A DNA stretch of 64,000 nt from an uncultured Acidobacteriota bacterium (lineage in GTDB: Bacteria > Acidobacteriota > Terriglobia > UBA7540), in contig CAWDSK010000006.1 in the NCBI GenBank assembly GCA_963804995.1, forward strand, positions 2,016,001 to 2,080,000. The letters run 5' to 3'. Under the pieces are notes generated by a model. That model ran no database searches. It was not told the origin of the DNA and was given only the letters and a program-made list of their open reading frames with translations. Position numbers and translations under genes: made by a program. Within the stretch, counting starts at the first letter, position 1. The number at the start of each line of letters is the position of its first letter. Shown here in pieces: positions 10,319 to 19,069 of this stretch.

Positions 10319-10897
10319 CTATCGGAGGGCGCGGAGGGCCGCTTCGGGTTCGCGGCTGATAATGGTTAACAGGATGCGAGCGGCGCCGGTAGGTTCACGT
10401 TCACCGTTTTCCCATTGACGCAGCGCCGCCGGACTCACGCCAAAGGCGCGGGCAAAGGCCTCGCGGCTCAGTCCTACTCTCTTACGGGCGGTTTTGATAT
10501 CCGCCGGTTTCACGGCAACGCGGCCGGTTCGCCCGGCGGCAGACTTATGGGCCAGGGCTCCCTCCAAACCGTGCCGGGTTGCCTCCCCAGGCCGTCGCGG
10601 TCGCACGACGACTTGAACTTGCTGGTTGAGAGCCTTCGCAATGCGGTTTAGCATCGATAACGAGTGCCCTTCGTAATCCGCATCTTCCAGGCGGCTGATG
10701 ACGGATTGGGTGGTATCCACTCGATCCGCCAACTCTTTTTGGCTCAGCCCCGCTTGCTCGCGAAGTTCATAGATGGTGCGGGCAACCTCGGCGTTTACCC
10801 GCTCCCGTGCCAGGGATGCCTTCCGCTGTACGTCCTCTCCGACGTAGCGATGATGAAGAATCCGAACGCCGTTCGTTGTCTTCCGAGTGTTATTCAT
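10319..10897 (-). CDS. HigA-like antitoxin with two XRE helix-turn-helix domains
   Basis: HTH1 LREQAGLSQKELADRVDTTQSVISRLE; HTH2 ARKRVGLSREAFARAFGVSPAALRQWENGEREP; overlaps the toxin stop. Confidence 0.85.
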   Translation of the reverse strand: MNNTRKTTNGVRILHHRYVGEDVQRKASLARERVNAEVARTIYELREQAGLSQKELADRVDTTQSVISRLEDADYEGHSLSMLNRIAKALNQQVQVVVRPRRPGEATRHGLEGALAHKSAAGRTGRVAVKPADIKTARKRVGLSREAFARAFGVSPAALRQWENGEREPTGAARILLTIISREPEAALRALR

Positions 10898-11264
10898 GGT
10901 CGGGCTCCTCATAGGTGTATTTAGCTGCGTCCTTCTCGAATAGTTTGCGATGGCGTATCGCCAATTCAATCTCCCTGTCGGGAACCTGCTTCTCCTTAGT
11001 CAGCCCATGGGAGATCACCGCGGTTTGTTGGTGGAAGAAATAGAGCATCCGATAGTTCACCGACTGAAAGCTGGTCCGCAGCTCGTAAATGCCGTCCCGG
11101 AGCAGGTCCGCCTCCGGACGGCGCAACTCGTGCCCCAGTTCTGCCAACCGCTCGATGCGCACAATGCATTTGTCCTGCACTTTAGAGGGCATCCGGTCCA
11201 ACCACAGGAGCAGGGGGCATATTCCCTCTTCGTCTACAAAAAAGACCACCCTGGTGACAGGCAT
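10890..11264 (-). CDS. RelE/HigB (Gp49-like) toxin
   Basis: LRRPEADLLRDGIYELR, YRMLYFF, ISHGLTK; toxin-first order upstream of an HTH antitoxin. Confidence 0.9.
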   Translation of the reverse strand: MPVTRVVFFVDEEGICPLLLWLDRMPSKVQDKCIVRIERLAELGHELRRPEADLLRDGIYELRTSFQSVNYRMLYFFHQQTAVISHGLTKEKQVPDREIELAIRHRKLFEKDAAKYTYEEPDHE

Positions 11265-11460
11265 TAGCTTCCTCTCCCAGCTACGAGCAGAATATCGCAA
11301 TATTGCGATTAGGTCAAGAACTGTTCTTTGAGGCCTCTAACTCTTGAGCCCCAATCTGGCCGAGACTCGTCGAATTCATCTTCAGGCACGGAGGACGTGG
11401 AAATGTCCTACCCCCCGCACAGGATCGCAGTAGAAAAATCTGCCATCGGCGACCACTCGC

Positions 11461-11557
11461 GATAAACGCCGTAGGTTACCCACAATCGTTGCCTATTCGG
11501 AAACTCCGCTTCAAACCGCCGGCGTCGGTTCGACGTTGACTGGGGCTTAGGTTAACG
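11461..11557. repeat. 97-bp structured direct repeat, copy A
   Basis: 89/97 identical to 10137-10233. Confidence 0.95.
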
Positions 11558-11563
11558 ATTATG

Positions 11564-11595
11564 TCCGGCCAGGGCATAGGCGTTAGGAAGAGTTG
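11564..11595. repeat. 32-bp direct repeat, right boundary of the defence islet
   Basis: TCCGGCCAGGGCATAGGCGTTAGGAAGAGTTG, 28/32 to 6004-6035. Confidence 0.75.
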
Positions 11596-11791
11596 TTGTC
11601 GAGTACGACGGAACTTCGGATCGGCCCCGCGGGTTGGTCGGTAAACAGGGAGAGTATCCGGGAGGGGCGTTTTTCGGGCCGAATCCCGCTTACGGTCGGC
11701 GACCAAGGCTAGCTTTGCGAGCCCCGCACGCAGCACCCGAACCAGGTTGGCGAGAAACACCAATCCCGGCGCATGCGGGTGGCACAACAGG

Positions 11792-12796
11792 TTATGGCGA
11801 TGGTTTGCTGGGAGGGGCAGACTCGAGCGCTGGGTAGTAGCCATGGCGGGCAAAAATCCTGTACGGGTGTTTTGAATTCTGGGCGCGGTCGGAGAGGCGG
11901 ACGTCGATCGAGCGGAAGGCACGATCACGGCGGGTGTTAGAACTCTGGTAGCCGAGTGTATAGCGCTGTTTCAGCCGCGTGATGACGGCGGCCATCGCCT
12001 TTTGCGCCGATCCTACGGCAGCCATATCGATTATCTCGCCGCCCGTTTCGAGCATGATCTTGTTTACCCAGCGCGCGCCAGGAATCCAGCCCGGCTCGTC
12101 CAGCGTACCTTCCAGGCGGTCACGTCCGAACCTCACACTGTAAACGATCGTCTGGGTCTCGAGCGCCAACCGAGTCACGTCGTCGCCGTTAAACTCTCCT
12201 TTCGCAGTAGGCTGGTTGTCCGAGATCATGATGACCGCATGGCGCCGGTCACGAGCCTCCTGCCCCAGATACTCGATCGCTGCGTAAAGGGCGTCAGCGA
12301 TGTTGGTGCCGCCCGCGGAACCAATGCCTATGATGCTATCGGCAATCGATTTGCGGTCAGTCGTCAGATCTACGAGTCGCTCAGGGTGCGCGGCGAAGGC
12401 ATACAGGGCGATTTGATCCTCTGGCTTGAGCTGCGAGAGGGTGTCGTAGGCGGCGTGGTGCAGTTCATTTAGCACTGGCGAAACGCTGCCACTGCCGTCC
12501 ACCACCAGCGCCACGGCCAAAGGCAACTCGTCACGTGAGAAATACGTGATTTGCTGCTCCACGCCATCTTCAAACACGCGGAAATCATCCCGCTTAAGAT
12601 CATTGGCCATCCTGCCCTTGTCGTCTCGAACCGTAGCCTCCACCAGCACCATGCTTACATCCACCTTGAGCGTGAATCCGCCTTTTTCAGGCGGCGGCAG
12701 TTGGCTCCCGGGCGCAGCAGGGCCTTGCGCCCCAAGTTCTACACAGAGCGCGAACGCCCAGAAAGCAAGAGTGCAAGCTGCTAGCGCCCGTTTCAT
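11792..12796 (-). CDS. Secreted VWA-domain protein
   Basis: Signal peptide, VEATVRD, DDFRVFEDGVEQQI, MIDAS DGSGS, GGTNIADAL, ISD, YTLGY. Confidence 0.9.
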   Translation of the reverse strand: MKRALAACTLAFWAFALCVELGAQGPAAPGSQLPPPEKGGFTLKVDVSMVLVEATVRDDKGRMANDLKRDDFRVFEDGVEQQITYFSRDELPLAVALVVDGSGSVSPVLNELHHAAYDTLSQLKPEDQIALYAFAAHPERLVDLTTDRKSIADSIIGIGSAGGTNIADALYAAIEYLGQEARDRRHAVIMISDNQPTAKGEFNGDDVTRLALETQTIVYSVRFGRDRLEGTLDEPGWIPGARWVNKIMLETGGEIIDMAAVGSAQKAMAAVITRLKQRYTLGYQSSNTRRDRAFRSIDVRLSDRAQNSKHPYRIFARHGYYPALESAPPSKPSP

Positions 12797-13160
12797 AGCT
12801 CACCGGCGGGACTCCCTCGATAGCTCTTCCTCGGGAGGTGCCCCGATCAGACGTCAGGTTGTATCGAGAGCGGGTAGCCATCTCTGAAACCGCGATGCCG
12901 TGTCAAGCGGATTTTAGGTGCCGATTGACAGAAGTCTGCACCTAGTTTCAGAATGGCAGTCAGCCGGCGAAGCGGAAGCGGGCTCTGCTGGCGAGCAACC
13001 CGCCGAGGAATAGCCGGTGGGAGGCTCATCGTAACGACGAGCAGGGGGGCGATGGGATGATCGCTCCTCCTCCTGGTGGTTACGATAGCTTCCCCATGCC
13101 TGAGAAAACGCCCGGCCAATTACGATCCTCGCCGAGTTCGCCACTCCGAAACTTGCACGG

Positions 13161-13474
13161 CTAAGTTAAAACACCTCCCTGGGGTAGGGCCAGGTTCTCA
13201 CCCTGGCCTGCCGGTGGTGCGGTGGCCCAAGAGAAATCCCCAGGCCACGCACCCCCGACCGCGGCCGAGGAGAAGAATTCTCGCTCGGCCCTTTCTGAAA
13301 CTCGGAGCCCAGGACGTGGGCGCTTGTCGCTTGCCACGATGTCGCCGGCGGATGCGCCGATTCCAGTCATCTCTACAGGATCACTGCGGGGGTCTCCCGC
13401 AGGCCTCAGTCTGTTGTTCGAGGGGCAGTTCCTCATCACGGTTCGGGTTTGGTTTCCCCATGGCTACCTCAGGC
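13161..13474 (-). ncRNA. Candidate bridge/seek RNA region of the IS110 element
   Basis: ~310 nt non-coding, hairpin-rich region downstream of the recombinase, with a segment matching the reconstructed target. Confidence 0.5.
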
Positions 13475-14515
13475 TTACTGCCCCAGCTTGCCGGCTCTCC
13501 GGCCCCAACGTTCGGCCTGGAAAGGTGCTCCGTGTTTCAAAACTCCGTAAACGCAGCGGGCGACCGAACCCGCCACCGCCGTCTTGGCCACATTGGGGTG
13601 CTTGTGGCAGCGCCGCAGGTGCCAGTAACGCTGGCCGAGCGGGCTCTTGCTGCGCGTCAGGGCGTTGGCGGCGGTGATCAAGGCCCAGCGCAACCAGACC
13701 GGACCTTGGCGGGTGATCGGACCATGAATCGAAACCTCGCCACTATCGTAGGAACTGGGCACCAAGCCGGTATAGTTCAACAGCGCGTCGGCGGAGTCGA
13801 AACGCGCCAGGTCTCCGATCTCGCTCCAGATGACCGCCGCCAGCATGTGCCCGAGGCCGGGGATGGTCTGCAGGAGCGCCACCTGGGGGAAAGCCGCGGC
13901 GGCCGCCAGCAGTTCCGCCTCGCTGGTTTCGCGCTCGGCGCTGAGAAAATCGTACAGGCGAAACATCCGCTCGAAACACAACTGCGCCGCCGACGAGAGC
14001 GCTTGCTGCTGGATCCAGGCTCGCCCCTTGGCGGTGAAGACGCACCGCTGCGGTCGCAGCCCGTGCATCTCCAGCAGGCTATTGACGCGGTTCTTCGTCT
14101 GGGCCCGCAGCCGCGCCAGGCCGCACCGCTGCCGCGCCAGCAGGCGTAATTCCCGGATGGAAGGGGGCGGAAACCAAGCCTCCGGTAGCGGCTCCACGTC
14201 GTGCACCGCCAGTTTCTTCACCAAGCGCCGAGTGTCCAGCCGGTCCGACTTCTGCTTGCGCAAGCTGTCGATCCCCGCCGTGTGCACCCAGTGCGCCCGA
14301 TCCCGCCACCCCGCCTCTTCCAGCACACTCATCACAAAATAACCGCTGGTGGAAACTTCCAGAGCGATCTCCGCATCCGGCGGCAGCTCCGCCAAGCGCT
14401 GCCGCCACGCTTCCCGCGTGCACTCGATCGGCTCCAGCATTTTTACGTCTTCCCCGGGCGGAATCATCGCCATCCAACAACGTCCCTTGTGAACGTCCGA
14501 CGCAACCGGTATCAT
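13475..14515 (-). CDS. IS110-family DEDD recombinase/transposase
   Basis: SDVHK, ALEVS, KSDRLD (DEDD); C-terminal LQTIPGLG...EIGDLARF...GLVPSSYDSG...GPITRQG...LRWAL; GAGGAGG RBS. Confidence 0.95.
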   Translation of the reverse strand: MIPVASDVHKGRCWMAMIPPGEDVKMLEPIECTREAWRQRLAELPPDAEIALEVSTSGYFVMSVLEEAGWRDRAHWVHTAGIDSLRKQKSDRLDTRRLVKKLAVHDVEPLPEAWFPPPSIRELRLLARQRCGLARLRAQTKNRVNSLLEMHGLRPQRCVFTAKGRAWIQQQALSSAAQLCFERMFRLYDFLSAERETSEAELLAAAAAFPQVALLQTIPGLGHMLAAVIWSEIGDLARFDSADALLNYTGLVPSSYDSGEVSIHGPITRQGPVWLRWALITAANALTRSKSPLGQRYWHLRRCHKHPNVAKTAVAGSVARCVYGVLKHGAPFQAERWGRRAGKLGQ

Positions 14516-14890
14516 CGTCTTGCCTCCTCGTTGAATTTCTTTCCCAGGTCCAGTCTACCTGGACCCGAGGAGGCATCGCCGTTTCATAACATCACGGTGT
14601 CGCCGCGGCGACCTTTCCTGACCGTGGGCTTTTCTCACGCCCGATATCCCAGAGACAACCACCCATAGTAAATCCGTATGGGGCGCACTGCCACCCTGGT
14701 CTCACCCGAATCAGACGTGTTGTAACTCAATTCTCGCGATCAATGGAAGAACCCACAGAAAAGCGCTGACCGTGGCTACCCCACTGAGGACTCAGGCAAA
14801 TCTCGAAAACTTCGGTGCGCGGATTTCGGATGTTTGGCGTATGATATTGTGTCGAGGCGAATTTACACTCAGGGATGGCGTCCAAAAACT

Positions 14891-15223
14891 ATGTCCACAA
14901 TCGAGGAACGGAAGGGAGCTCCACGGCTCAGCGCAGATTTGACAGTCATCCTGTCGACAGGGGAGGCTCACTACTTCGTGGAGGTTGAAAACGTGAGCGA
15001 CACGGGGCTCCGCCTCCGTGCGAAAGAGGTGTTCCCCGTCGGCACTCAAATTCATATGGTCTTTGGTCGACCGCCTGAGTTGCCCCGGGTAACTGCGGAA
15101 GGAATCGTGAGGTGGTCGGAAGCCGGAAAGGGAGTCGGGGTGGAGTTCACCTCGATCAGTCCGGATGACCACCAGGCCCTCTTGAGATTCATGAAATCGC
15201 AGTCCCAATCTGAGCAAGCTTAG
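14891..15223 (+). CDS. PilZ-domain protein
   Basis: ERKGAPR (RxxxR), NVSDTG, GIVRW, GVGVEF. Confidence 0.85.
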   Translation: MSTIEERKGAPRLSADLTVILSTGEAHYFVEVENVSDTGLRLRAKEVFPVGTQIHMVFGRPPELPRVTAEGIVRWSEAGKGVGVEFTSISPDDHQALLRFMKSQSQSEQA

Positions 15224-15319
15224 GCGGTTGCTTCTCCTCATCTACATTCTCCGATTGACAAACTATCTTTTCCTACCTATATTACATTTCGATATCGAAA
15301 CAGGACATCGGAAGTCGAT

Positions 15320-15628
15320 ATGGATGACCGCAGTCTCTATTCAGGGTTGATCCGGCTCCACATTCTCCACCACGCGGCGGAGAGGCCCGTCTACGGAATC
15401 TGGATTGCCGAGGAGCTGGAGCGGCACGGATACAAGTTGAGTGCCGGAACCCTCTACCCCATCCTGCACGCGCTCGAACACAAAGGCTATTTGCTTTCGC
15501 ACCAGGAGCGGAACGGAAAGCAGGCGCGGCGCGTTTACCAAGTGACCCCACTCGGTCGCAAAGCGCTGCGCGCCGCACGCAAACGTGTGCAAGAACTCTT
15601 TGGAGAAATGTTCGGAAACGGGCACTGA
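15320..15628 (+). CDS. PadR-family transcriptional regulator
   Basis: YGIWIAEEL, SAGTLYPILHALE, RRVYQVTPLGR. Confidence 0.92.
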   Translation: MDDRSLYSGLIRLHILHHAAERPVYGIWIAEELERHGYKLSAGTLYPILHALEHKGYLLSHQERNGKQARRVYQVTPLGRKALRAARKRVQELFGEMFGNGH

Positions 15629-15678
15629 GCCTGCCCTCGTTACCGAGGGACAGGCTTCATATAAGAAGGGTTGTGATC

Positions 15679-17382
15679 ATGCCTACATGGAACAGCAAGA
15701 ACCTTTGGTTAGCCCTAACGGTGGGACTCCTGCTGATGACGGGCGCAGGTCGTTTTGCCCAGGCGGCACCCGCGACCGTCAGCTTTTCGCAGTCGGCGGA
15801 GACCCTGGAAGCTTACGACTTCGTGGAAGTCACCCTTAACGTGTCTTCCCCGGACGCCAAGAATCCCTTTACGGACGTCGTTGTGGAAGGGCAATTCGGG
15901 AAAACCGGCGGCGGCCAGCAACTCAACGTGACAGGCTTCTGTGACGCGGCGGATGGGAGCGTCTATCGCATCCGCTTCATGCCGGCTACGCCTGGCGAGT
16001 ACCGCTACTCGCTCGTCTTTCGGCAGGGCAGTTTCGAAAAGACACATTCCGGTACGTTCCGTGCGACGGACGGTCACCGGCGCGGTCCCATTCGCGTGGA
16101 CCCCCAATACCCCTGGCATTTCATCTGGGAAGGCACCGGGGAGCACTATTTTTTCAACGGCACCACGGCGTTCTGGCTGGTGGGGTGGCGTGAGGATCGG
16201 ATCATCGATTACAGCATCGAGCGTTTGCACAAATTGAAGATCAACCGGATGCGCGTGTTGCTCTCGGGAGCCGCGGACATCTTCTGGGGTGATGCGGTAA
16301 TGGCCGGCGGGAATTTCAGCCTGATTGTGCGCCCCTGGGTCGCGCAGGCGCCAGAAAGTGTCAACCACCCGGGGAACGACTTTACGCGTTTCAACGTTCC
16401 CTACTGGCAAAAATGGGAACGCATGTTGCGCTTCGCCCGGGACCGCGACATGATCATCTCAGCCATCCTGGATATCTCCACGCACAAAACCCAGCCGGTA
16501 GCGGGCAGCGAGGACGAACATCGATACATTCGCTACATGATCGCACGGTTAGGCGCCTTTTCGAATTACACCTACGACCTGGGTGACGATCTTGACAGTT
16601 TCCGCGACGAGAAGTGGGCCCACGAAACCGGCACCTTGATCGAGGGCTGGGATCCCTACCATCACCTTGCCACCAGCCACCCGACGAATCGCGCGCACCA
16701 GGATCGCGCTTCGGATTGGTTTGGCTTCACTTCCATCCAGAATTGGTCGCGAGAACAGCATACGCTGATGCTCGAGGAGCGGGAGATCCAGAAAAAGACC
16801 GGCCGGATTATTCCGCAAGCGAACGAGGAGTACGGTTACGAGGACCACTATCCGCACTGGGCGCCGACCCCGCCTGCGGATTCTGCCGAAACCTTGCGCC
16901 TGATGGCGTGGCAGATCGCCATGGCCGGAGCTTACGGAACGGCGGGAGAAACCGCGCGCCGCGGCACCAACATCTGGCCGGATACGGGCGGCGGTTGGAT
17001 TAACGGGCGCGGCGACAACACCATGGTCATGCTCAAAGGGTACGAGCACATGGTGGATTTCTTCACCAGCTTCGAGTGGTGGAAGACGGAGCCGCACGAC
17101 GAACTGGTGAACCAGGGCGCTTATTGCCTCGCCAAACCCGGGGAGATCTATGCGGTGTATGTCCCCATCCGTCCACTGTGCGGGAACCAGGAAAATTACC
17201 GGTTCCAAAACGAATGCGCCGAAATCTCAATCAAGCTGGAGCCGGGAACTTATGATGCGAAGTGGTTCAGCGCCTTCACGGGGGAAACGGTCCCACTGCC
17301 GGCTGTCCAGGGAGGGGCATGGACAATTCCCAATCCTCCCGGCTGGCTGGATTGGGCGCTATTGCTGACGAAGGCTCATTGA
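15679..17382 (+). CDS. Secreted DUF5060/DUF4038 glycosidase-like protein
   Basis: Signal peptide, NPFTDV, GFCD...YRIRFMP..PGEYRY, NEEYGYE, C-terminal PGWLDWALLL. Confidence 0.7.
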   Translation: MPTWNSKNLWLALTVGLLLMTGAGRFAQAAPATVSFSQSAETLEAYDFVEVTLNVSSPDAKNPFTDVVVEGQFGKTGGGQQLNVTGFCDAADGSVYRIRFMPATPGEYRYSLVFRQGSFEKTHSGTFRATDGHRRGPIRVDPQYPWHFIWEGTGEHYFFNGTTAFWLVGWREDRIIDYSIERLHKLKINRMRVLLSGAADIFWGDAVMAGGNFSLIVRPWVAQAPESVNHPGNDFTRFNVPYWQKWERMLRFARDRDMIISAILDISTHKTQPVAGSEDEHRYIRYMIARLGAFSNYTYDLGDDLDSFRDEKWAHETGTLIEGWDPYHHLATSHPTNRAHQDRASDWFGFTSIQNWSREQHTLMLEEREIQKKTGRIIPQANEEYGYEDHYPHWAPTPPADSAETLRLMAWQIAMAGAYGTAGETARRGTNIWPDTGGGWINGRGDNTMVMLKGYEHMVDFFTSFEWWKTEPHDELVNQGAYCLAKPGEIYAVYVPIRPLCGNQENYRFQNECAEISIKLEPGTYDAKWFSAFTGETVPLPAVQGGAWTIPNPPGWLDWALLLTKAH

Positions 17383-17446
17383 TTGATGTGAGGGCTCTGC
17401 GCTGGGTGGGGCAACAGTCGGAATTCCAAGCGGGGATGGGAATAGC

Positions 17447-18866
17447 ATGAGGCGGAGAATCCAAGTTGTATGGTTCGGCCTATTTCTGGTTCTGGTCTTA
17501 GGGCGAAGCCTGAGGGCGCAAGCGGATGCTCCGCCCGCGCACCCCTTGACCCTCAGTGAGGCCATTGACTATTCCCTGGCGCACTACCCCGCCGTCCGCG
17601 CGGCGCTGGAGCAACTGGACAGTGCGCGGAATGGCGTAGCGTTGGCGCGGAACGTCATACCTCCCCCAATTGAATCCGATCTACCAAATTAATCGCGCCA
17701 CGCAGAATCAGGTTGCCGGCATTTTCCTCCCGGCGTCGATTACCCCTTCAGTCGAGGGTCCGGTTCAGCCGTACTCGGGGACAAGTTTCTGGAACACGCA
17801 GGGTGGCGCGCTGCTTTCCTGGGAGCCTGTGGACTTTGGATTGAGGCGGGCCGCCGTGGATCAAGCCCGTTCCCTGGAGCATAAGTCGAACGCCGAAGTG
17901 GAACTGACGCGCTTGCAGGTTGCTTCCGCCACGGGCGGCTATTTCCTGAATTCTGTTTTGGCGCAACAGGCGGTAGCAGCGGCACAGGCGAACGTCCACC
18001 GCTGGGAGGTCTTCGACCAGGCGGTGCATGTGCTGGTCCAGCAGGAACTCCGTCCGGGTGTGGACGCCTCGCGCGCCGACGCGGAATTGGCCATGGCCCG
18101 CACGCAGCTTATCCAGACGCAGGCCGCCGGCCAACAGGCGAAGGTGACGCTTGCTTCACTGCTGGGAGCGGCGGGAGTTGCCCTCGAAGTCGAACCTTCC
18201 CCGCTCCTCGCCTCTCCTACCGCTGCATCGTTGCCGGCTACCCCAGCCTCGGCGCATCCGCTGGCCCTTGACCAACAGGCGAGCGTCGATGAGTTGCGGG
18301 CGCAGGAGCGCGTGCTGAATCGGACCGACTACCCGCGTCTCATTCTGCAATCGGAAGCCTTTGCCCGAGGCAGCGGCGCGAATCCCGACAACTCCGCGGC
18401 GGGAGGCTTGAAGGGTCTGGGCTTTGGCCGCGCCAACTGGGTCGCCGGTATTTCCGTGGTGTTCCCGAACTTGTTCGATTTCTCGGCGCTGCGGGACCAG
18501 AAGCGCATGGCGCAGGCGCGGGAGCGCAGCCAAGCGGCGAAATATCAGCAGACTCTGCAGGACCTGACCGGCCAGATTGCCTCGGCGCAGGCGGGGCTCG
18601 ATGCCGCCACCCAGGTTGCGCAGAATACTCCCATTGAGCTTGCGGCAGCGCGCCAGACGGAGACCCAGGCACGGGTCCGCTACCAGTCAGGCCTCACCAA
18701 TCTGGTGGAGGTTGCCGAGGCCGAGGGCTTGTTGGCCCAGGCCGAAAGGGACGACGCCGTGGCTCACATCAACGTCTGGCGCGCGATGTTCGGCGTCGCC
18801 GTGGCCCAGGGCAATCTGGAACCGTTCCTGGGGATTCTTCGTTCGGACTCTGGGAGGAAACCCTAG
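17447..18866 (+). CDS. TolC-family outer-membrane efflux protein (one frameshift near 17655)
   Basis: Signal peptide plus LTLSEAIDYSLAHYP in one frame, continuing in 17670-18866 (LSWEPVDFGLR, RYQSGLTNLVEV). Confidence 0.85.
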
Positions 18867-18990
18867 CAGGCTGATGAAAAACGACGTAGCGGCGGGTTTA
18901 CCCCGCCATCCGCGGTTGAAATCGTTGGCGATATGGCGGGGTAAACCCGCCGCTACGTCGCACGGGGAGGGTTTTTCAACAGCCTGCTAG
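18863..18990. mobile_element. 128-bp MITE-like element with a nested GTAG REP pair, copy 1
   Basis: CTAGCAGGCTGATGAAAAAC...GTTTTTCAACAGCCTGCTAG terminal IR; inner GTAGCGGCGGGTTTACCCCGCCAT / ATGGCGGGGTAAACCCGCCGCTAC; near-identical copy at 30123-30249. Confidence 0.8.
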
Positions 18991-19069
18991 AAGGGAGAAG
19001 CTGGCGACGCTCGGCAGTCAGAGGAAGGTCTTGTCTGATTACTGATAGCTGATCGCTGAAAGCTGAATT

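Larger units (their letters stand above)
13156..14597 (-). mobile_element. IS110-family insertion sequence (short upstream end, long downstream non-coding end)
   Basis: Contains an IS110 recombinase. CACGG is present at both putative junctions (13156-13160 and 14593-14597). Boundaries are inferred. Confidence 0.6.

Noticed and set aside
10137..11557. Integron attC, dif/pdif sites, or a known riboswitch/ribozyme for the 97-bp repeats
   Set aside because: No RYYYAAC...GTTRRRY arrangement, no intI, no paired XerC/XerD arms, and the conserved cores of the RNA families I know are not matched.
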